A DNA stretch of 64,000 nucleotides from contig NC_087251.1 in the NCBI RefSeq assembly GCF_037042905.1, forward strand, positions 36,148,001 through 36,212,000. The letters run 5' to 3'. Below the pieces are notes generated by a model. The model was not told where the DNA came from and did no database searches. It saw nothing but the letters and a program-made list of their open reading frames with translations. Position 1 is the stretch's first letter, and each line of letters begins with the position of its first letter. Shown piece after piece: positions 50,280 to 61,081 of the stretch. Source of the DNA: Lytechinus pictus. Taxonomy: Eukaryota. The position numbers and the translations under genes were made by a program.

Positions 50280-51167
50280 GGCCGCCTGAAGCTCTCCCGT
50301 CTACATCTCCTCCGACTTCAACACAAGTACCATGAAATACTGCGTGGCATCTTGATGAAATAATATTTATGAACTGACTTGCTTCTTCCACTGACATTGT
50401 TTGTTTGGTTTAATATATGATTGCTGCCGCGAGACTTTGATATATCGACCGAAAATAAATTCAAAAATGATGTAAAACAGGGGATGATAAATAGACAGAT
50501 CAAAATACACCCACACGCACGGTTGAATGATTACACCAGTGATGAGTCACTAAGTTTACATATGCAAATTATCCACGTGCATGTGTGTATAAGCGATACA
50601 CTAATGTTCATTCACAAAGTACATGTAGATAAAATTACATTGAAACTCCATAGCATTATGCACAGCGACAATTGCGATGAACTTTGAATCTTGCGCCGGT
50701 TGGGCAAGTGACTACAGGCGCGGGACCGCCTGACGTCATTAAGAAAATCTGGCGTCATCGGGTTTACCGCGCCTCTTTTTCGCTGTTCAAAAACTCGCAT
50801 GGTAAGGGTATTTTAAATTGCAATCCGACACATGATCCTCAGGGATATGCAAAAAAATGATGTCATATTCGGATTCAGCATCGTCGAAAGTGCAAACTGG
50901 ACTCAGTTTACAGTGACTTTCATCGTACTCTTGCTATCGCAGACGGAATGTTACTTCTCATTGTATCTTTTATTTGCGAAAGAGAGTGAATTGTAAACTG
51001 ATATGAGTATACAGAGCAAATTATTTCCTTTCTTTTGGTATATAGATCATGATCATACGATGTGAGGATCAAGTGTCGAAAATGCTTCAAAGTTGAATTT
51101 TTCTCCAAAATCTGACCAATTTGAGGGAAAGTGCGACCCATGCGAATTTGCGTGTGTTTGCGCTCGC

Positions 51168-52750
51168 GCTGCATTGAATTTCATCATTGAAAGCAATAAG
51201 AAGCAAACATTCATCGCCTATCCGGATGCCGCTAAAGCTTTTGATACAGTTAGGCACAATTGCCCAAGCTATACAAGGCCGGTGTTCAGGGTAATCTTTG
51301 GCTTATTATAAAGAGACTGAAGATCTTAGCTCTGCTGTGTGATGAAAGGGCAGAATAAGTGGAAGCTTTCCAGTGAGGCAAGGTGTAAGAAATCCCCTCT
51401 ACTCTATCTGGCTTTCATTGATGGCCTGATCAGCAGCCTCCATTTGTCAGGCCTAAGAGCTTATACCCAATCCATATACATAGGCATTCTTGTACTCGCA
51501 GATGACGTGGGACTGGTGGCCACCTCCGTGAAGGAACTGAACAGTATGCTTCAACTTGTCTCTGATTATTTCTGCAGGTGGCCCTATACCATCAATCCTT
51601 CTAAGAGTGCCGTTATCATCACTGGAACTGGTCCCCAGACCTCAGAGGAATGGCAATTCAGTCCTAGTAGCATACTGTACCTCATGTGGACAAGCACCCT
51701 CATCTGGGTATCACCCGCCTATCACACAAACTCGACGCTTCCAAGATGACATCCACCGGCCGCAAGACACTCTATGCTCTTCCAAGTGTGGACGCATTCC
51801 GCATGGGACTCACCCCCACAGTCATGGCATCACTTTGGGAGAGATATTGTATACCTAGGATGTTGTATGGTTCAGAGGTCATCCACCTGACTAAGGCATC
51901 CCTAGACTGCATAGATACGGCCCAAATAACGTTGTTTAAAATCCTAGGTCTCCCTTGCTCTACTCCTTATGAATCTGTCCACATCCTGACTGCCCTCCTG
52001 GCTAGGGCTGTATCTGATAACGAAGCCATCCAACGCCTCAGACTTCTCGGGAAGTTGGTGAACCTTGATCCTTGGAAGTTGTAGTATCGTCTTCTTCATT
52101 TTATGTGCCGGCATCCCAACTCCAAGACTGCCAAAACGTTCCAGTCCCTCCTTAACAAGTATGACCTACCCTCAATCAATGATTTCTCAACTCCCCTATT
52201 CAGTAAAAGCAAAGGAAAAGACTCATCTCTACAGCTGTCTGCGACTATAGGGAGGAAGAAATACACACAGCACTAGCAACTTAATCCTCACTTCATCTGC
52301 TTTAGTCACCTAGACCACATCCAGAGGACAACCCTACTCCCGTCAAGGCTCAACTCTCATGGTTTTTGTTAACCCTTATCTCTGAAGAGTCAACTTCTCA
52401 GTGGTGTCTATGCTTCCAACACACATCTCACTAAAATTGGAAGTCGTCATAACAGCATCTGCTACTGCAATAACAAGGATGACACTGTAACCCATCTTAT
52501 AGGAGCATGTACCCTGTAGGCAGAGGAAATGAAAAGGTTCCTCCCTAACCTTCCTCTCTATCTTCAACAAGATCTTGCCTTAACTCCTGTGTCACAAGCA
52601 ACAGAAGCTATTACAAATGTGATACTTATTGGATTGGACACTAATGCAACGAGTATACCTGTTGCTTCAGCTCCTCAACTTAACTACTATTCTCTTCATT
52701 TCTTGCATGAGCTTCATGTCAAACGTTCTTTGTTGGTGGATAATAACTAG
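51168..52750 (+). mobile_element. Decayed non-LTR retrotransposon (RTEX-like), 3' half
   Basis: DAAKAFDTV, SPLLYLAFID, LADDV, HLGI, LYGSE and a C-terminal C..C...H....C knuckle (LCYCNNKDDTVTHLIGAC). Confidence 0.85.
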
Positions 52751-53151
52751 AGATTCTTGTGATATATTGTAGTCCATCCTCTTCCCGAGCCTTGCTCTCT
52801 GGTCTTTCATTTCTATACATTCTTATCAAACCACTTTTTTCCGCATATCCACTGGATCTTGCGGTTCTCCAGGACTGGAGGAAATCAGCAGAAGAAGAAG
52901 AAGATGGTGACAAGACATTTACTCCTGCGACAATTGCTCAGGGCTTTATTTCGTCTTTAGATGTACACTTAGAGTTAGGGTTGCAATAACGTTTTATGGT
53001 TTGGGTAGGGTATAGTGTTAAATCCGGAGCTGAAACTAGTTATTTGAATAGTGTATGGAATTTACAGCAGAGCAATTGTTGTGGGAGCAATTGTCACCAG
53101 AGCAATTGTTGTTGGAGCACATGTCATGGAACATCACTGATAGAAACCTAC

Positions 53152-53364
53152 CTTGTTGATATGATGATGACCTCATCCTTGGTAGTCTGCTCAACGGTAT
53201 TATTGCCCGAGGGGTTGATCCTGACAAACCCGGCGCACTGTTTGAAGGTCTTAGGTCCAAGACCCTTCACATCGAGCAGCACCTGACGATTGGTAAATGC
53301 TCCAACCCTCTGACGGTGGGCTATTATCTTCTTAGCTAGACCCGCTGAGATGCCTGAAACCCAT
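53152..53364 (-). CDS. SRBD1: SRBD1 exon (HhH motifs)
   Basis: (K)WVSGISAGLAKKIIAHRQRVGAFTNRQVLLDVKGLGPKTFKQCAGFVRINPS...; AG/GT; phase 2-2. Confidence 0.96.
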
Positions 53365-53936
53365 CTACAAAATTAAGAAAGATACCCTTAAAGCTTGTTC
53401 AGATATTCATTACCTCCACATGTCATGGTAGAGAACAAAAGAAATCAAGCTCCAGAGAAGAGTCATGTCTTATTCAGCAAAATTTCATGAATTTCTACCC
53501 CTGCAATGACCCTGTCAACTACTATTTATAAGCTTGAGTATTATGCAATGTGATGCCTTCTTATTGTCAATTTGAGTTTAATCAAAGATGATTCCCACCG
53601 TCATTCTCATGAGCAGGCAATATTTGTTATACTACATGTACTTATTTCACAAGTTCCAACTACAGTTGACTACATTCATGGCAACTATGATAAAGGCGGA
53701 TAATAATGGTGGAGTACCAGGAGTGTCATATCTGACAGACATCTGACACATAGAAACAAATCATCATAATCATCATCAGCATCCTCATCATCATCTTCAT
53801 CATCATCATTATCACAATCATCATCATCGTCATCATCGTCATCATCATCATCAGGAGCCCATAAGACACATATAATTTGAAAATCAGTAAATCAATTGTG
53901 GCACCAAAATAACAAAATGAACAAGATTTGACTCAC

Positions 53937-54043
53937 TTGAGCAGAACTTCTGAACATATGTTGAGATCCACTCCAACGAAACTCACACATTCCTCTACCA
54001 CATCTCCTAACGCTGCCTTCAGTAATCTCTCTGGTACATCATG
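53937..54043 (-). CDS. SRBD1: SRBD1 exon
   Basis: [43 protein letters not shown]. Confidence 0.96.
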
Positions 54044-54123
54044 CTATTGGATGAAAATGAGAATGATCAATGAAACAATCTGCTAGTGATTTACTTTTAT
54101 AACCTACTGAAACCCTTGCATCT

Positions 54124-54337
54124 GGGGGGTGTTTCACAAAGATTTAAGTATGACTTGAGTTGCTCTTAAATGCCGACGCGTACATAATATGCAATGCGCA
54201 ATGTGATCGATGGATACGCGGTAGTGCGCGTCCTGTTTGCATGATCTGACCAATGTGGTGATGTCTTCTATACCGTATGCAACTGGGAGTTTAAGTGCGA
54301 CTCTAAGTCACACTTAAATCTTTGTGAAACACCCCCC
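54124..54337. mobile_element. Palindromic MITE (half copy at ~4260-4302)
   Basis: GGGGGGTGTTTCACAAAGATTTAAGTATGACTT / AAGTCACACTTAAATCTTTGTGAAACACCCCCC. Confidence 0.85.
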
Positions 54338-54961
54338 TGATTGGGTAAAGCAAATTATCCTTTGCAAATCACTGACAATTTTTTTTTTCATGGAATGCTC
54401 CCAAGGGGAATGTTTCAGGAAGTATCCTGTTGGTGACTTTCAATGGCAGCTGTTACAAGCTACTGAAGTCCTTGCATCTGATTGGCTGAGATCAAATTTG
54501 TTGGTGAAAACCCCAGGCAACCAATGAAAAGATTTGTTACAAAGAGCTCCCCTGGTCATTGGACTAACCAAAGATAAACTTCAAAATATGTTTGTTTGTT
54601 GGATAATCGGGAGGGTAAACTCTGCAGTTTCCTAAAAAGCAAATACTGACAGAAACTCCAACGTCAATATCAAACTATAACATGTATTAAAAATTGATAA
54701 ATAATCCTATAGGATTCCAATTTAAAGTGACATCAATACACATACAAGTCTCTGATTCTGTTTCACTAATAATGAGAGGAATACAAGGCTAAATCGCAGA
54801 TTTTCTTTTATGCAAATATTATAAGAGGTATAAACATGTTCAAAATTGTTTCCATTGATTCTTCAAATACATAATAAAGAGCTGGCACTCAACCAAAACC
54901 AATCCTTTCTCGTAATTCTTTCTCTTATAAGAGTCATTGATGAAAATAGTCAAAATATTAC

Positions 54962-55044
54962 CTGGTACATGCCAACACCTATGTGTTTTGGATCTATCTT
55001 GACAAGTTCAGCAAGGGGGTCCTGAAGTCTTCTTGCAATTGATA
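54962..55044 (-). CDS. SRBD1: SRBD1 exon
   Basis: (V)[27 protein letters not shown], the Tex-family signature. Confidence 0.97.
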
Positions 55045-56044
55045 CTACAAACAAAGCAAACAGTGTGTGTGTGTTAAACATTATCAATCAGACATGATTA
55101 TTTACATCTGGGACCGACCATTAAATTCTTATCTCGCTAAATTAATTATGGGGGAATAATAATGACTTTTAATTAATTTTAATAATTGCTTTTCTATTTA
55201 CCATGAATCTAGATTTCCATATACCACCATTGGTACTGATTATAATTGTATAGACATTACCCAAGACTTATTGCACAATTGGTGTAACGGTCAGCGAACG
55301 TTTTTCTAGTACGGTACTATGTAATTGTTGCTTATTTCAGTTATCAGTGAAAAGTTGCAAAGACAAAATCCCATAGACTAGCACAGTATTTTCTCTCGCG
55401 GACCAATTCTTTTATACATCCTGAAGGTATCGATCATATTTAATTATCAATTTAAAGAGTGTACTTTTGCTGCACATTGAAAGTACATGCACCAATAGGA
55501 CATTTCAATGATTAGGCCTAATTAGGCGATTTCTTTGGGCGATTCCTGATCTTCAAATTGGCTTCGTAAACTCTGCTCATGGTACTTTATGCGGAATGTA
55601 CATATTTCTGTGTTGGCGGGCGATCACGAGCCAGGAAACAAATCAAGTGAGCGTTGTGCTGTATCACCCGTATCCGCGCCATAACATACGAGTGATGTGA
55701 AGGACCAATTTTTTGTGAGCTTATATGGTTAGCTGACGTAGTTTAAGAACTTTGCGTTATGAAAGATCACTAGTTAAGACACAGCATCAGAAGTCTTGGA
55801 GTTGACTTATGATGACAATTAAGTCACAAAGCTTGAAATATTATAAGTAGCTACACAAACAATGTGTAATTCCTGGCTGACAGTGAATCCCTGTTTATCC
55901 GAAACAGTCAAATTGAAAATGATTAGAGGCATGGGTGGTCATTTACCGGATGGAAAAACCTTTAACTACAGCACTAATACATACATAAATAAATGAATAA
56001 ACAAACAGACAAATAAATAAAATAGTCAAATCAGGGTTATGTAC

Positions 56045-56136
56045 CTGCACTTCTAATGTTTGGATCTAACTTTGGCATCTCTTTCTCAGCTTCAGGTGAC
56101 ACACTGTATATTGATGCTCCATCTTCATTCACAATG
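56045..56136 (-). CDS. SRBD1: SRBD1 exon
   Basis: (C)[34 protein letters not shown]. Confidence 0.96.
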
Positions 56137-56171
56137 CTATCAAAGATGAAAAATAAATGTCCTATACTTAA

Positions 56172-56727
56172 AGGACAAGTCCACCCCAACAAAAAGTTGA
56201 TTTGAATAAAAAGAGAAAATTCAAACAAGCATAATACTGAAAATTTCATCAAAATCGGATGTAAAATAAGAAAGTTATCCTGGTCAGTATGCAAATTAGG
56301 AGACTGATGACATCATCCACTCACTATTTCTTTTGTATTTTATCGTGAGAAATGTGAAATATTCTAATTTTTTCCTCATTGTCAAGTGAAACAACGATTA
56401 ATTCCTCCATGAACATGTGGAATTAGCACTGTTTAATACTATATGGTTCAGTCAAGTTGGTCCTTATTGTCAAATCTGTAAAAAATGAAATATTGTATAA
56501 TTCAAACAATAAAAAACAAAAGAAAAAGTGAGTGAGGGACATCAGTGACTTTCTCATTTGCATGTCACTGAGTTGTGCATATCACTGTTTTGTGAAAAAT
56601 AAGCGAAACTTTAAAATATCATAAATTTCTTATTTTACATCAAATTTTGATGAAATTTTCAGCATTATGCTACTTTGATTTTTCTCTATTTACTCAAATC
56701 AACATTTTTCTGGGGTGGACTTGACCT
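56172..56727. mobile_element. Full-length TTAA Kolobok-like MITE
   Basis: TTAA|AGGACAAGTCCACCCC ... GGGGTGGACTTGACCT|TTAA with long imperfect inverted arms. Confidence 0.85.
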
Positions 56728-57234
56728 TTAACTAAGCTTATAGATAATGATAAAATATAGTGTTTGGATATTACTTAAGCTACACAAAATGAAAATTTCA
56801 ATCAGGTAATACAAAACTAAATGAAGTTCAATATATTTTTGTTTTTGTTTTGGAAACATGATAGTATGCCTAGCAATTGAGTATGGAAACTCTTGTCAGA
56901 ATGCTCCCCATGGAGTGGAGAAAGTGCATACATTGTGTGCAGGTATGCAAGGATTACATGGCCAGGTTTTTTTTGTAAAGTGATTAAGACTAAGACACTG
57001 TTACGATGTACTAAGTACTATGTAAAATCAGAATATTATTTCATTATAATTACATACTAAAAATAAGCTTGTGTATAGCAAACTTTAACAATAGGTGCAC
57101 TTAAATAACAAATCAATTAGGTTTTTAGTTCATGTATATGATTTTTTCAGAATCCTTTCCTTTATAATAACTAAAATTCTTTCAAGCTTAAATTTCTGAA
57201 AAGAATACCTGGTGAAAATTATGGCAACTCTTAC

Positions 57235-57342
57235 CAATATTGGACATGAAGCGGATGAAATGAATTTGACCTTATGACCTCTGAAATGAACTCCTCAGTT
57301 TGACGACATGCTGTTCCATTACCTATGCCGATGGTTTCACAT
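57235..57342 (-). CDS. SRBD1: SRBD1 exon (YqgF/RNase-H-like domain)
   Basis: CETIGIGNGTACRQTEEFISEVIRSNSFHPLHVQY; AG/GTAAG. Confidence 0.96.
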
Positions 57343-58358
57343 CTTGGGTAGAGGGAAGGAGGAAAGAAAGAGATAAAGAGAGAGAGAGAGAAAGAAAGAA
57401 TCTTTAACCTTGTATTTGAGAAGTGATCATATGTATTAAATAAAATATATATAGATAACATTATCATATCCTTAACACAAATTAGGCTTCAGAAAAAGCA
57501 ATATTTAGACTTGCCTAACGCGAACACAAATTAGGCAATTGAAAAAGTAAACATTAACATTAGCCTAGAAAAAAAATAAAGCAAATCAATTCCCACGGGA
57601 TAGGTTCGAAAAATAAGAAAGCACACACAATTGTGTTTACAATGATTACAATTACAGAATATAATTGAGTATATGAATATAAAAAAAGCCCAAGTCCATA
57701 GGAGGTCATTTTGAGAATATAAAAAAAATTGATATTTTTCAAATTTGGGCAATTAAAGTATATTTGGCCAAAAGACATCAGAGAACATCATAAAACAGAT
57801 TTAAGTGTACATTTTTTATGAACATTAATATTCATGTTACTTGTGGGCGGGGCCTTTTTTCTGGTGGACTTGGGTCGTTTTTAGAATCATATGGACTTGG
57901 GTCATTCTTACATTCATATACATGATAGACTTCTGTAGTAAAGTCGAAGTAATGAGAGAGGGCGCTAAGATATGAATGTAAGAAAAGCCCAAGTCCTGGT
58001 CTTGGGTTTTTCTTACACTCATACCAGATTTTCCTCCTCTAGTTGAGGCATTTCTTAGATGATTTCAGATTCATCATTTGTACACAAGACGAGTCATTGT
58101 ATGAGGAGCAATTTCCCATATTTAACTCAATTTCGCCAAAAATTGGACTTGGACCGTTTTTACATTCAGATACTCAATTACTACATTCACATACTTTATG
58201 AAAATATAAAAATATATCAGTTAGTTTACCCAATGGGCCATCAAAGTGTATACTATTTTACTGCAACTACATTCATTTATCTTTTATTTCTTTCCCATTT
58301 TTTGAGATACAAGCTTTTGTTTCCCCAGGAAAATCATTATGGATGGAAAGCATCTTAC

Positions 58359-58449
58359 TGGAATGTACTGATGAGATCTGTCATTCTTCGTTTCTCAAGA
58401 TACCTATTCCCCGTATGCATGTAGCTTACATCAGTCATTACGATTTCAC
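58359..58449 (-). CDS. SRBD1: Most 5' SRBD1 exon visible in the window
   Basis: TTCAG acceptor, GTAAGA donor; (G)EIVMTDVSYMHTGNRYLEKRRMTDLISTF(Q); phase fits the next exon. Not in the ORF track. Confidence 0.85.
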
Positions 58450-58992
58450 CTGAATAAAATATAAAGTCAAAACAAAGGAACGTGGAGAGCAGACCTTCTT
58501 GCTTCACATGAAACAGAAAAGGAAATCAACTGTATGTTTATTATTGATTGACAGTTCGATGCTGGAGTGTCATGGCCTCTTATCTCAATTTTTTAAAAAT
58601 TTCAGTCCAGCTCAGAGGAGGCTGCAGTTTAGAAATAGGGCATTGGTGGCAACCTCATATTGTCTGAAAACAGTCTCCTAATTCATGAAGAGAACTCTTT
58701 CTATGCAAAAGAATGTGGGTCTAAAATCAAGCTATATCTAATCTGTCATCAAATTCTTTTGATTTTGAGATACGAGGTTTTAAAACCCTAGCAACGATCT
58801 CGAGAAAATGAGTACAAACAGCAATGTTAAAAAGACGTATTAAAAATTCCTTAATCGCTAGAGGGTATTCATTTGTCTCGCAATCTACTATGGTCAACAA
58901 GGAAATTCGTGATCACTCTCGCAAAAAGTGTTCACTGGCTTTCTAGGAAATTCGTGATCACTCTCGCAAAAAGTGTTCACTAGCTTACAAGT

Positions 58993-59033
58993 TCACGAGC
59001 TTTCGAGTGCCGCTGCAACTCTTTATCAAGTGA
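58993..59033 (-). ncRNA. Minimal type I hammerhead ribozyme (U3-A8 core variant)
   Basis: Minus strand: UCAC-UUGAUAA-A-GAGUUGC(AGCG)GCACUC-GAAA-GC-UC-GUGA, giving stem I, core, stem II, palindromic AGCU stem III and a UC cleavage site. Confidence 0.75.
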
Positions 59034-59057
59034 CGAAAATTATCTGAAAACGTACTC

Positions 59058-59210
59058 TATTTATACTAATCTCCAGGACCGTACGCACGAACGCGAGAAC
59101 AATAGGTGGGCATTGATCCGTTGCGTCGGTATGCGGTGCGGCCGGTAATCCGTATATGCAAATAAGCCGGGGGTATATGCAAATACGCCGTGGGTCGGCA
59201 ATATGCAAAT
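59058..59210 (-). promoter_or_regulatory. Putative PLE terminal-repeat promoter
   Basis: Three octamers ATGCAAAT (59156, 59177, 59203) and minus-strand TATAAATA (59065-59058), ~25 nt upstream of the hammerhead. Confidence 0.55.
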
Positions 59211-59231
59211 TAGACAAAATTGGCGGGCTCG

Positions 59232-61080
59232 CTAGTTTCCCGTGGGCGGGGGCTGACTAGCTGAGCGGTCCCTCGTTCGGGGCCGGGAACGATCGGGTCG
59301 GCGTGCACTGCCAGGTAAGGGGGTATTGTGCTGTCGGATGGTTCGCATCCAGAAGTCGGGGATGTCGATCCCGCTGTCTCTGTTGAAGTTGTTAGGACAA
59401 AGACGTATACTAATAGCCTCCTTAATCCTGCGTGTATACCAATGTCTCTCTTTGGCAATGCAATGTACACCCTCCCAATCTGGGTGGTGTTGCTTCTCCC
59501 AAGCATGTTCTGCCACTGCGGATGTGTCGGTTCGCTGTAACCGAACATCGCGCTTGTGTTCAGAAATGCGTTCAACTATCGGTCGGGCTGTTTCTCCGAT
59601 GTAAGACCCGTCACATCCCTGGCAAGGAATGTTGTATACTACGCCATCACGTCTGTGATCAGGGATAGGGTCTTTGGGGTGTACAAGCTGTTCGTGTAAG
59701 GTGGTGTCCGAGCGGAAAACCGTTCGGATACCGTGACCTTCTAATCAGCGTTTAAGTTGTTGTGAGAGGCCATCTATGTATGGCAAGACTGTGCAAGTCT
59801 TGAAAACCTTCTGATCCCTTGGTGGTTGTTTTTTCTTGAAAGGCGCCACGTATGTGTGCTCTTTCTTTCGGGAGTTCAGGTGGGTGAGTTATGATACATG
59901 CTGCTCTGTCGAACAGGCATTTAACAAGACCCTTCTTGACCGATTTGTCGTGATGAGAATCATATGGTATGTATTGGTCTGTATGAGTGGGCTTGCGGTA
60001 GACAGAGGTGGAGAGTTTCCCGCCCTTGTGTCTTTGGACTAGCGTGTCAAGGAATGCTAATTTCCCTCCTTGCTCAGTCTCCAGAGTGAACTGGATGGAC
60101 GGTTGCTGGCTATTCATGTATGAGAGTAGGCTGTCTGTTTCGGATCTGTTTACGATTATGAAAGTGTCATCGACGTATCTCTTCCACACCCGAGGGTGGC
60201 ATGTGGAAGGACACTTGGGCAAAGCGTTCTGTTCAAAACCTTCCATATATAGGTTAGCCACAACCGCTGAGACTGGGCTACCCATTGCTGCTCCTTCTGT
60301 TTGCTCATAGAAAGAGCCTCTGTACAGAAAATATGTGGATCTGAGGACGAACTCCAGGAGTTCGGCTATCTGTTCGGGCATAAGTGTGGTACGTTCTGAT
60401 AATGTGGGATCGGATTGCATGCGTTGCAGGGCCGTACTGCATGCGCCCTCTATCGGTACGTTAGTGAAGAGGGAGACTACATCAAAAGAGATCATGGATT
60501 CCTGTTCGTTAACTGTCTGCTCCGATGTGAATTCAGCGAATTCACTGGAGTTGGAAACCGTGTGTTCTGAGCAGTTAGTGAGAGGGGACAGGATGTCCGC
60601 CAGGTACTTTGATAGGTTATAGGCAAATGAACCTATGCATGATACTATTGGTCTGAGAGGTATCCCGGGTTTGTGTATTTTGGGCAACCCGTATATTCTA
60701 GGTGGCTGTTTCTGTGTGGGCTTTATCTTTTTGTATGTAGCCTCATCTAGAACTTTGTCTTTCTTTAGTGCCAGTAACGTACTGGTCAGTTTGCGACACA
60801 TTCGATCTGTGGGGTCTTTCTTTACCATTTTATACGGACCAGAGCTCAGAAGCTCGGTCATTTTGTCTTCGTAGGCGGTACTATCTAAAATGATTGTGGC
60901 ACTACCCTTATCCGCAGGGAGGATTGTGATGCTATCATCATTCTTGAGTGTCTTAAGAGCATCACGCATCTCTCTTGTGGTATTCGGTTTCGGAGGACGT
61001 GCTCTCTGTAGAATGGAATCTACATCTTTTCGTGCGGCATCGGCCGAAACTGGATCAATATACTTGACCGCGGTTTCAAC
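59232..61080 (-). pseudogene. PLE reverse transcriptase + GIY-YIG endonuclease, disrupted
   Basis: PADKG, PRIYGLPKIHK, SFDVVSLFTNVP, GAAMGSPVS, RYVDD, FLD; frameshift ~59830 and TGA ~59746; then GVVYNIPCQGCDGSYIGET...RISEH...SAVAEH...KEAISI...NFNRDSG. Confidence 0.93.
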
Positions 61081-61081
61081 C

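Larger units (their letters stand above)
43448..51167 (-). mobile_element. ~7.7-kb DNA transposon inserted in the LINE
   Basis: LINE frame ...HSSLL | AALNFIIES... rejoins across these coordinates. Contains a decayed DDE transposase and inverted subterminal GAAAG.AA..A.TTTGCTC motifs. Confidence 0.75.
58899..61081 (-). mobile_element. 5'-truncated Penelope-like retroelement (Poseidon/Penelope type)
   Basis: RT + GIY-YIG ORF, terminal-repeat-like 3' region with hammerhead, and a terminal ~43-bp tandem duplication (58899-58983). Confidence 0.93.

Noticed and set aside
58430..58449. 20-nt micro-exon using a GTAAGC donor
   Set aside because: The frame continues to the donor at 58358, giving a 91-nt exon that matches SRBD1 and the next exon's phase.
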